From Bacteroidales bacterium UBA5072 (GTDB taxonomy: Bacteria; Bacteroidota; Bacteroidia; Bacteroidales; UBA10428): a stretch of DNA of 64,000 nt. Below, one piece after another: positions 20,407 through 27,996 of the stretch. Position numbers and translations under genes: made by a program. Location of the stretch: positions 6,484 through 70,483 of the forward strand of contig DIAS01000068.1 of NCBI GenBank assembly GCA_002415855.1, in the 5' to 3' direction. Every line of letters begins with the position of its first letter. The first letter of the stretch is position 1. The notes beneath the pieces were generated by a model that saw only the letters and a program-made list of their open reading frames with translations, did not search any database and was not told the origin of the DNA.

Positions 20407-20563
20407 CACGAAGATAGGCAGATGCCAATGGATCCTATGCTGCCGGGCATAGCTGTGGACGCTGATACGCGGCCCTGCCTCAATCAGAAAAACAGCAAAC
20501 CGTCCTGTATTTTCACAAACAGGTTGCACAATGGCATACAGCATTAATTTTCGCCGCGATTGG

Positions 20564-20944
20564 TTAATTCGGATACCAATAGGAAACTGTATAACTTCCG
20601 CCTCCCTCGTAATAGGTTCCGCTTCCTTCATTGCTGCTGCCGGTGCTGGTGCTGGCCGGCGAGATATAAGATCCGACCGTAACCGTATCGCATGAACATA
20701 TCACACCGCCAAGGAAAGTAGAATCCGGTGAAGTGGTTATGGTATCACATGTACATACGCTTCCTGACCCGGGAAAATTTCTCGATGAGGCTACACAGTC
20801 GCATATGCACACTGCGCCTGCCGGTAAAGGCGTTTGGCAGGAAACCGTCAGAATTTCAGAACCCATCTGCCGGATCTGCCGTGCCTCAATGGCCTCAGTT
20901 ATGTCCGGATCAAACAGATGATGCACAGGCTTACCTTCGGGCAT
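20564..20944 (-). other. Tail-coding segment of paralog A (126 aa from MPEGKP to YWYPN-stop); putative modified region
   Basis: Counting from the Met of MPEG, Cys residues sit at tail positions 36, 46/48/50, 64/66 and 83/85. Paralogs B and C have the same positions. Confidence 0.6.
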
Positions 20945-22015
20945 GGACCATAATCTGATGGTATGATCGCTGCTGCCGGAAACAAGAAACCGCCCGTCGG
21001 GACTAAAAGTTACCGAGTTCACGGCGTCCGTGTGTCCTTCAAAAGTGGAAAGAGGATTCCCGTTTTGAACCGACCACAACAATATAGTCTTGTCTTCACT
21101 TCCCGAGGCTATCGTTCTGCCGTCGGGTGCGAAACAAACTGAATTCACAAAGTCCTTATGACCTTTAAGTGTATTTATCAGCATGCCATCAGCCACAGAC
21201 CATATTCTGACACATTTATCCTGACTTCCGGTGGCAAGCATGTCGCTGTCATGATTAAAACACAATGTCAATACCGATTTAGAATGACCTGTCAGGGTTC
21301 TGATAACCTGCCCATCAGGCACAGTCCATAATTTTACAGAATTGTCACCGCTGCAGGATGCCAGGCTCTTACCGTCTGTACTGAAAGCAAGCGAATATAC
21401 AAAACTTGAATGGCCTTCCAGTGTGGTTAGCAGGTTCCCTTCGGGAAATGACCATAATTTAATCTTCTTGTCATAACTTCCGGTTGCCAGAAGCTTACCG
21501 TCAGGTGAAAAGCAGACTGCACTCACCCATCCTCCATGACCATCAAGCTTCTTTAGCAGACTGCCGTCTTTTGCCAGCCAAATGCTCACCGATTTGTCGT
21601 TGCTTCCGCAGGCAATGATTTCACCCAGGGGATGGATACTTATTGACCGGACCGCATTTGCCTCCGTTTCTAATTTGTTCACCAGACCTCCTCCGGGAAT
21701 TGACCAGATTTTGATAACACCCTCCTTGCCGCCTGAATAAAGCAGTTTATCATTTCTCCCAAAACAAAGCGTGTTGATGACATCGGAATGAGCCTGAAAG
21801 GCTGAAGAATTCTTACCTGTGTCTTTTATGATCCCTCCCTGAGGTGTACTATTCTTTTCTGCACATCCCGTTATTGGCAAAAGCGACAGACCTGCCCCGA
21901 GCGTTCCCAGGCTACCCAGAAATCTTTTACGCGAAAGGGATAATCCTTTCCTGTCCTTTTTAAAGGCATATATCTCAGGCCCTTCATCCTGTTTTAAAGC
22001 TCGTTTTTTTATCAT
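20564..22015 (-). CDS. WD40 beta-propeller protein, paralog A: Tat-like signal with lipobox, about 7 WD repeats, C-terminal 8-Cys + Gly/Tyr tail ending YWYPN
   Basis: 483 aa. The N-terminus has SRKRFLGSLGTLGAGLSLLPITGC. WD repeats follow the pattern H.D.V.S..FSPDG..LASGS.D.TIKLWS. The tail is ...SCQTPLPAGAVCICDCVASSRNFPGSGSVCTCDTITTSPDSTFLGGVICSCDTVTVG...GTYYEGGGSYTVSYWYPN. Confidence 0.85.
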   Translation of the reverse strand: MIKKRALKQDEGPEIYAFKKDRKGLSLSRKRFLGSLGTLGAGLSLLPITGCAEKNSTPQGGIIKDTGKNSSAFQAHSDVINTLCFGRNDKLLYSGGKEGVIKIWSIPGGGLVNKLETEANAVRSISIHPLGEIIACGSNDKSVSIWLAKDGSLLKKLDGHGGWVSAVCFSPDGKLLATGSYDKKIKLWSFPEGNLLTTLEGHSSFVYSLAFSTDGKSLASCSGDNSVKLWTVPDGQVIRTLTGHSKSVLTLCFNHDSDMLATGSQDKCVRIWSVADGMLINTLKGHKDFVNSVCFAPDGRTIASGSEDKTILLWSVQNGNPLSTFEGHTDAVNSVTFSPDGRFLVSGSSDHTIRLWSMPEGKPVHHLFDPDITEAIEARQIRQMGSEILTVSCQTPLPAGAVCICDCVASSRNFPGSGSVCTCDTITTSPDSTFLGGVICSCDTVTVGSYISPASTSTGSSNEGSGTYYEGGGSYTVSYWYPN

Positions 22016-22038
22016 ACCATGGTTTTATTGAATAGTGC

Positions 22039-23508
22039 TTAACCAAAAAAATCTCTGAAATCACGCCGATGTGAATAACCGCTTACGTCTTGCCCCGACC
22101 CGATAACCGACAGTAGCACTTTGTATATTGCAGCCAACAGGTAGAAATCAGTAAGCAGAAAAATCCCTTCCATGGTCTTTACATATCTGCTTGAATACGT
22201 TTCGTTGCATACATAAAAGACCACCGAGAAAATAAAGAAATTAAAAAAAATGAGAATGAACTCACGGGGGACCAGGAACCCGGAAACACTCATCTGGTTG
22301 TAGTACAGGGCATAAAGGGAAAGCATCAGGATAACCAGATAAGAATACTGTAACTTATTGAGTGTTCCTGAAAAAAAACCAAAATACACGGCAAGGACGA
22401 TCAGTCCCAGAGCGACTGGTACAGCCAGGTATCTGTAAAGCTTGCTGGTATAAGTTCTTGATCTTTTGAACAGCCAAATTGCTAAAAGGATCATGAGTAG
22501 CGTCAGCAGAAAGGAAAAGGTGAGAAGCGGTGAAAAGCCGGCTTTTATTTTTGCAGGAATATTCAGCAAATACTCAGGGTTATGGCTATAGAAGCTGATC
22601 ACCCTGAGCATATCGAGATGCGTGCCGTGATCAGCATTATAAAAAGCGTTGATGTCATCCCGCCATTCCGGATGCCAGAGTCCATCAGAACAATATTCGT
22701 TGTTACCGTCTAAAAGTACCTCATTGCTTTGGGTTGATACAAAGGTGAAATGGTGTACCTGAGAAGACAGGTAACCCGACCATATCCCGGTTATCGCCAA
22801 GAAACCGATCAGGAATACCAAGGTGTTTAGCAATCTGCCCTTTCTTTTGAACAGCATGCAGTAAAGATCACAGAGGATGACAAGAGGAAAAAGAAGAAGG
22901 GTTGTGCCCTTGTTCAGTACGGAGATTCCCAGGATAGTGCCCAGCAATATGGAAGAGATCACGGATCCCCGGTAATGGAAATAGAGGCATATCGTTATGA
23001 TCGAGAGGAACAAAAACTGCCAGTTTTCAGGCATCAGATGCTCCGGGAACCTTCTGTTAAGTATGAAAAAGGAGATAAAACCCAGTAGGCCGATAAAATA
23101 TCCTTTCTCTCCCCAGAAAAGTTTTCCCGCAACTACCAGCAATATACCGGCACACAGTAATACGATCAGTTGCAAATACTTGATGATTAAGGGATTTACG
23201 CCAAATAACCTGTATGTGACGCATAAGAACACGGGGTAGAAAGGCGGCCTGTGAAATGCTTTGATTCCGGAAAAATGCTGCCAGAACCTTATTTTCTCCT
23301 CAGTGAGATCAACGATCTTATACCGGTCTATTTCCTCTATCAGGCCTGTTACAGGATACCCATGTCCGTCACAATAATTTACTGCAATGGACTGGTAGTC
23401 CCATTCGTCTCCGGTAAAGATCACGGAATTGGTAAAGTGACCCCGGCGTAAAGCAAAAAGCAATAAAATGGCACCAATAACGAGTAATATCAGGCTTTTC
23501 TTCTTCAA
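22039..23508 (-). CDS. Polytopic GT-C fold glycosyltransferase (PMT/ArnT, GT39/GT83-like)
   Basis: 489 aa with about 11-13 predicted TM segments. The first extracytoplasmic loop carries a DE motif (FTGDEWDYQSIAVNY), as in PMT_2/ArnT-type lipid-linked-sugar transferases. Confidence 0.6.
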   Translation of the reverse strand: MKKKSLILLVIGAILLLFALRRGHFTNSVIFTGDEWDYQSIAVNYCDGHGYPVTGLIEEIDRYKIVDLTEEKIRFWQHFSGIKAFHRPPFYPVFLCVTYRLFGVNPLIIKYLQLIVLLCAGILLVVAGKLFWGEKGYFIGLLGFISFFILNRRFPEHLMPENWQFLFLSIITICLYFHYRGSVISSILLGTILGISVLNKGTTLLLFPLVILCDLYCMLFKRKGRLLNTLVFLIGFLAITGIWSGYLSSQVHHFTFVSTQSNEVLLDGNNEYCSDGLWHPEWRDDINAFYNADHGTHLDMLRVISFYSHNPEYLLNIPAKIKAGFSPLLTFSFLLTLLMILLAIWLFKRSRTYTSKLYRYLAVPVALGLIVLAVYFGFFSGTLNKLQYSYLVILMLSLYALYYNQMSVSGFLVPREFILIFFNFFIFSVVFYVCNETYSSRYVKTMEGIFLLTDFYLLAAIYKVLLSVIGSGQDVSGYSHRRDFRDFFG

Positions 23509-23512
23509 TCTG

Positions 23513-25114
23513 CTATAATCCTGAATTTTCGATTTTCATCAATACGTTATTCTTATCAGCCAGCCACCAGAACCGTATCAGGTGATCAAGCCCGCATGTG
23601 ATAAAATAAAATGAATTTGGCGCAATACTTATAGAAGTAACTGAGGTCTGGTGGGCCTGAAACGATCTTAGTAACTTTCCGGAACCAAGATCCCAGATCT
23701 TGACCACCCCATCCAGATCACCGCTGATCAAATAATTTCCGTCCCTGCTTATTTCCAGATCCCGGACATAAGACTTATGGCCTTCGAAGGTTTTCGACAG
23801 CGTACCTGTTTCCGTATCATAGATTCTGATCACATTGTTTTTTGAACAGGCTGCTATGTATCTTCCGTTCGGAGTAATATCCAAATCCATTACGGGTGAA
23901 TTATTTCTGATGGTCCTGAGCAGGTTACCGGTTTTCAGGTCCCATATCCGGATAGTTTCGTCCCAGCCGCCTGAGACTATCTTTCCTGCTTTTTCAGAAG
24001 CAGCTATTGAAGTGATGGGCTTCCCGGAACCGGAAACGATATTGATCCTCGCACCTGTACTGATATTCCAGCCAACAACACTCCCATCCCAGGAGGAAGT
24101 AAAAAGCACACCATTGCTCAGCAGCAACATATCGGATATCATGGAGGATTGTCCTGCAACCGACTGCGGTTTCTTATCGGAGAACAGCGGGTGGCTGATG
24201 ACCAGGCTGTCGGTTACTCCCAGTACATTCCACTCCACATTCCCCGCAATGAATCCTCTATATACCGCAGGTTGTACAGGCTGTTTTATTTGACCTTCGC
24301 TGAACAGGCTGGTGAGTTTGAGCTCATAGTTCTCCGAATTGGAAATAACGGCATAGTCCGTTAAAAGAACAGCTTCGTTCTCCGGCAGGTTCTTGTCGAA
24401 TATTTTACCATCAGGAATTCCCCTGAGTAGTTCAGCTATTTTCTTTGTGCAAATCCCTGTACTATCCAGATTACCTGCCTTTCTGTAACAATCCATTGCC
24501 CAGCCGTACCATCCGTTTGCATAAAATTGTCTTCCGACAGCTTTATATCCTTCGGATTCCAGATCTGCCATACCAAAGTATTTCAAGGCCTGAACATAAT
24601 CAGCTGACGCGATCAGTAAACTGCCGATCCGTCGGGCACCCCGCTCCGCCTCATTTGCCTTTTTATAAAATGCAAAAGCGTTTTCCAGATCATTGCCCTT
24701 AAGCAATGTATCCGCAATTCTGAGGGCGGCAGTTTTTCCTTCTCCGGCTATGTTGTAATAAGTATAGGAGGCTTCATAATAACCCGACTTAAATAAATAT
24801 TCTGCCATCTTTTTACTGCCTTCTTTTTCCTTTCCTGCCTTCTGATAAGCATCCAAAGCCTTCTCATAGTTGATTTTATAGTAGTAGGGAGCCAGGGTGT
24901 TATCGTTGAATTTAATCTCATTAACATAGGCTTCTGCTACTGAGAAATAGCAGGCTTTTTGTTCATCACCCTTTGTTTTACTGCAAAACTGTTCCGCTTC
25001 AGCCAGTTTACTTTCTGAAATAAGCATTTCAAGCGAAACGCATGATGAGGCTATAAACGGGAGGCACGTTACCAAAACAGCGAACAGTGTCTGAATATAT
25101 GTTCTTTTTGTCAT
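23513..25114 (-). CDS. Lipoprotein with an N-terminal TPR/Sel1-like repeat half and a C-terminal WD40 half (no Cys tail)
   Basis: 533 aa with lipobox FIASSC. Repeated A..Y.KAG/A..FYKKAN helical-repeat motifs are followed by WD repeats (SGGWDETIRIWDL, SGDLDGVVKIWDL). Confidence 0.7.
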   Translation of the reverse strand: MTKRTYIQTLFAVLVTCLPFIASSCVSLEMLISESKLAEAEQFCSKTKGDEQKACYFSVAEAYVNEIKFNDNTLAPYYYKINYEKALDAYQKAGKEKEGSKKMAEYLFKSGYYEASYTYYNIAGEGKTAALRIADTLLKGNDLENAFAFYKKANEAERGARRIGSLLIASADYVQALKYFGMADLESEGYKAVGRQFYANGWYGWAMDCYRKAGNLDSTGICTKKIAELLRGIPDGKIFDKNLPENEAVLLTDYAVISNSENYELKLTSLFSEGQIKQPVQPAVYRGFIAGNVEWNVLGVTDSLVISHPLFSDKKPQSVAGQSSMISDMLLLSNGVLFTSSWDGSVVGWNISTGARINIVSGSGKPITSIAASEKAGKIVSGGWDETIRIWDLKTGNLLRTIRNNSPVMDLDITPNGRYIAACSKNNVIRIYDTETGTLSKTFEGHKSYVRDLEISRDGNYLISGDLDGVVKIWDLGSGKLLRSFQAHQTSVTSISIAPNSFYFITCGLDHLIRFWWLADKNNVLMKIENSGL

Positions 25115-25187
25115 CTCTACTGGTAATTAATTTTGATTTTGAAAGTGCAGATTATTAATTGAGCATTAAACCCCGAATGATAAGCCT

Positions 25188-25565
25188 TTAGTTGGGATAC
25201 CAATATGTCCGGTAATAGGTAGTCCCGCCGTAATAAGTACCTGGATTGTAATAGGTTGTCCCACCATGGTAACCCGAGTACGTGGAGCTGCTTCCGATCG
25301 TAATTGTATTGCAGATGCATATCATGGTGCCTGATAAGGCAGCACCAGCGGGAAGTGTAATTGTATTACATGTGCAAACCATTTCTGTACCCGGGTAGCT
25401 TCTTGAATCCGCAATACAATCACATATGCAGGTAGCACCGGGGGGTATGGGAGAACCACAGGGCAATGTCAAAACACCCGGGCCCATTTGCTTTACCTGC
25501 ATGGCATCTGTTTTTTCAGTAACAGAAGGATCAAAGATCACAAAGCATGGATCACCTTCCGGCAT
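25188..25565 (-). other. Tail-coding segment of paralog B (125 aa); putative modified region
   Basis: Same Cys spacing as A and C (tail positions 36, 46/48/50, 64/66, 83/85). One extra Cys sits at tail position 7. Confidence 0.6.
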
Positions 25566-26588
25566 TGTCCATAGACGGATTGTTTTATCAGCACCTCCTG
25601 CTACCAAGGTCTGTCCGTCGGGGGTGAAACAAACAACATTGACATCTTCATTTGTCTCTATTTTCAGAGTCAATAGATCCGACCCTTCGGGTACAGACCA
25701 GATTTTAACCGTATTGTCACTGCTGCCCGATGCGAGCCAATTGCCGCCCGGATTAAAACAAACCGAGTTGACAGTTTGGGTATGGCCTTCCAGTGTTTTA
25801 ATGAGCGTACCTTCAGGAACGGACCAAAGCATAATTGTTTTGTCCTCACCCGCAGAAGCCAATATTTTGCCATCACTCCTAAAACACAGATCTGTGGCTT
25901 TTTCACGGTGTCCTGCCAGCATCTTCAGTACTTTATCTTCGTGCAGGGACCAGAGTGTGATCTGATGATCCATTCCGGACCATGCAAGCAGTTTGCTGTC
26001 GGGACTGAAGCATACCACCTCAATCTTATCCTTCAGCGATAACGTTTTCAAGGGTTTCAGACCTGTGAGGGAGGTTAACCTGATGGTGTTGTTCAGGGGG
26101 AGCGTGGCAACCATTTTGCTGTCGGGGCTGATACGTACCTTATGTCCCATCACTCTGCCAAGGCTTTTTCCGGTCGGTAAATACCAGAACTCCGTCTGAT
26201 TAATATTGCGGTAACCGATCGCCAGAATTTTACCGTCGGGACTAAAACTCAGGTCATCCACCGAGCCGCAAGGGAATGTCTTCAGTAATTTTCCGTCAGG
26301 CAAAGACCAAAGTTTGGCAGTTCCGTCGGAACTTCCCGATGCAATTATCTCACCGTCAGCTCTGACTTTGAGTGCAGTTACTTCATTATTATGTGCCTTG
26401 AAGACCGACAGATCCAATCCCTTTACTTCAATCTTATCGGCAAGCGCCTCGACAGGCTTGAGTGAAAGTACGGCTCCGATGGTGCCAATTGCTCCAAGAA
26501 ATTCCTTTCTGGTGAAGATCAGCTTATCCCTGGTCTTTTTAATTCCGTAAATTTCAGCCTCTCCATTCTTTTTATTGGGTGTTTTCAT
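25188..26588 (-). CDS. WD40 beta-propeller protein, paralog B: Tat-like signal, C-terminal 8-Cys + Gly/Tyr tail ending YWYPN
   Basis: The listed ORF extends to 26651. Met22 at 26588 (MKTPNKKNGEAEIYGIKK...) aligns with the starts of paralogs A and C and avoids overlapping the tail of paralog C. The tail is ...PCGSPIPPGATCICDCIADSRSYPGTEMVCTCNTITLPAGAALSGTMICICNTITIG...YYGGTTYYRTYWYPN. Confidence 0.85.
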   Translation of the reverse strand: MKTPNKKNGEAEIYGIKKTRDKLIFTRKEFLGAIGTIGAVLSLKPVEALADKIEVKGLDLSVFKAHNNEVTALKVRADGEIIASGSSDGTAKLWSLPDGKLLKTFPCGSVDDLSFSPDGKILAIGYRNINQTEFWYLPTGKSLGRVMGHKVRISPDSKMVATLPLNNTIRLTSLTGLKPLKTLSLKDKIEVVCFSPDSKLLAWSGMDHQITLWSLHEDKVLKMLAGHREKATDLCFRSDGKILASAGEDKTIMLWSVPEGTLIKTLEGHTQTVNSVCFNPGGNWLASGSSDNTVKIWSVPEGSDLLTLKIETNEDVNVVCFTPDGQTLVAGGADKTIRLWTMPEGDPCFVIFDPSVTEKTDAMQVKQMGPGVLTLPCGSPIPPGATCICDCIADSRSYPGTEMVCTCNTITLPAGAALSGTMICICNTITIGSSSTYSGYHGGTTYYNPGTYYGGTTYYRTYWYPN

Positions 26589-26589
26589 A

Positions 26590-26616
26590 TCAGTTGGGTT
26601 AGGGTTCTCAGTTGGG
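26590..26616 (-). repeat. 9-nt direct repeat CCCAACTGA x2 (9-nt spacer) at the paralog C stop / paralog B start junction
   Basis: The minus strand reads TAC TGG TAT CCC AAC TGA GAA CCC TAA CCC AAC TGA T ATG. This gives three in-frame stops in 27 nt, and the second copy abuts the paralog B ATG. Confidence 0.8.
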
Positions 26617-26946
26617 ATACCAGTATGTAGTGTAATAGCCTCCGCCGCCATAATAAGTTGGAGGAGAATAGGTTCCTACTGTTATGGTATTGCATATGCA
26701 AATCATCCCGGCGGATAAAGGCGAACCGGCCGGTATGGTAATGGTATCACACGTACAAATGGTATGAGAACCAGGATAGCTCCGTGAAGAAGAAATGCAG
26801 TCGCAGATACAAGTAGCTCCGGCAGGCAGGGGCGTACCACAGGGCATGGTTAGTGTTTCAGGCCCCATTTGACGGACCCTTCGTGCATCTGTTTTTTCAG
26901 TATTTGCCGGATCGAACAAAATATAGGCTGGTTTGCCTTCAGGCAT
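26608..26946 (-). other. Tail-coding segment of paralog C (112 aa); putative modified region
   Basis: Same Cys spacing as A and B. It has the shortest Gly/Tyr segment (21 aa after the last CxC block). Confidence 0.6.
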
Positions 26947-27996
26947 GGTCAACAACCGGATTTTGTCATCATTGCTTCCGGTTGCAAGGGTCTGTCCGTC
27001 GGGACTGAAGCAAACCGCATTAATATCACCTGACTGGCCCATGAAGGTATTCAGAGTTTTCCTGTCATTCACCGACCAGAGTTTAAGCATACCCGAGTTA
27101 TTTTCGTAAGCGGTGGCAACCATTCTGCCATCGGGACTAAAAGTGAGCGCATTCACCTGTTTGCCTAATTCTTCCTTCGTTTGAATAAGTTCGAATTCAG
27201 GAATCCTCCAGAACTTCATGGCATGATCCGTACTTCCTGAAGCCAGTATTCTGCCATCGGGACTGAAACACAGGGAATTTATACTTCCTGTATGGCCCTC
27301 GAGGGTATTCAGCAACTGCCCATCAGGCAAAGACCACAGTTTAATGTTCTGATCACTGCCCGATGCCAGGATCTTGCCATAAGGGCTGAAACAAACGGCA
27401 TAGACCTTGCCGTCAGAATAGGACTGCAGTTGTGTTGTCAGATTTCCTTGCTGAACAGACCAAAGTCTCACGGTATTATCATCACTGCAGGAGGCCAGCG
27501 ATTTTCCGTCAGGGCTGAAACATAAGCTTCTTACCCCGTAGGTGTGCCCTTTCAGCGTTTTTTGAAGATTCCCGTCAGGAACCGACCAAAGCCTGATGGT
27601 TTTATCGTTGCTGGCTGAGGCCAGCGTTTTACCATCGGGACTGAAGCAAACGGTTGTGACCTCCTCAGTATGTTGTTTGATCTTTTTGATGATCTTCCCG
27701 TCCGGGATGGACCACAATTTGATGGTATTATCGCTGCTTCCGGAAGCGAGCATTTTGCCGTCGGGACTAAAACAGACGGACTTTACCGCATCCGAATGCG
27801 ACTTAAAATCCGACACACCCGTACCTGTATCTTCTATCTTTTCCGCATGTCCTTCAACGGACAATAGTGCCATTCCGGCACCCAATGTGCCAATAGCACC
27901 CAGGAATTCTTTACGCGAGAAGGAAAGCCCTTCATTCTCTTTTTTCAGGGCATAGATCTCAGGTTTTTCATCGGATTTCTTTTTGGGGGTTTTCAT
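26608..27996 (-). CDS. WD40 beta-propeller protein, paralog C: Tat-like signal, C-terminal 8-Cys + Gly/Tyr tail ending YWYPN
   Basis: The listed ORF extends to 28035. Met14 at 27996 (MKTPKKKSDEKPEIYALKK...) aligns with paralogs A and B. The tail is ...PCGTPLPAGATCICDCISSSRSYPGSHTICTCDTITIPAGSPLSAGMICICNTITVGTYSPPTYYGGGGYYTTYWYPN. Confidence 0.85.
   Translation of the reverse strand: MKTPKKKSDEKPEIYALKKENEGLSFSRKEFLGAIGTLGAGMALLSVEGHAEKIEDTGTGVSDFKSHSDAVKSVCFSPDGKMLASGSSDNTIKLWSIPDGKIIKKIKQHTEEVTTVCFSPDGKTLASASNDKTIRLWSVPDGNLQKTLKGHTYGVRSLCFSPDGKSLASCSDDNTVRLWSVQQGNLTTQLQSYSDGKVYAVCFSPYGKILASGSDQNIKLWSLPDGQLLNTLEGHTGSINSLCFSPDGRILASGSTDHAMKFWRIPEFELIQTKEELGKQVNALTFSPDGRMVATAYENNSGMLKLWSVNDRKTLNTFMGQSGDINAVCFSPDGQTLATGSNDDKIRLLTMPEGKPAYILFDPANTEKTDARRVRQMGPETLTMPCGTPLPAGATCICDCISSSRSYPGSHTICTCDTITIPAGSPLSAGMICICNTITVGTYSPPTYYGGGGYYTTYWYPN

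Noticed and set aside
20564-20944. The WD40 tails as a T9SS C-terminal domain or another sorting signal (PEP-CTERM / GlyGly-CTERM type).
   Set aside because: The two genuine T9SS CTDs in this window look quite different (about 80-aa beta-sandwich ending ...KLVINQ / ...KIVKE). The tails have no TM helix plus basic cluster as in exosortase/rhombosortase signals. They are Cys-rich and sit beside modifying enzymes.
25117-25320. The 67-aa ORF spanning the paralog B stop region.
   Set aside because: It overlaps the Gly/Tyr-rich tail coding region of paralog B out of frame and has no motif or start context. It is a by-product of the repetitive TAT/GGT codons.
26589-26651. N-terminal extensions of listed ORFs: 26651 for paralog B, 28035 for paralog C, 6550 for GH105, 15640 for the T9SS protein and 38690 for the kinase.
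   Set aside because: Internal Mets give N-termini that align between the paralogs or start a proper signal peptide. They also remove overlaps with the preceding gene. The extensions have no counterpart in the paralogs.
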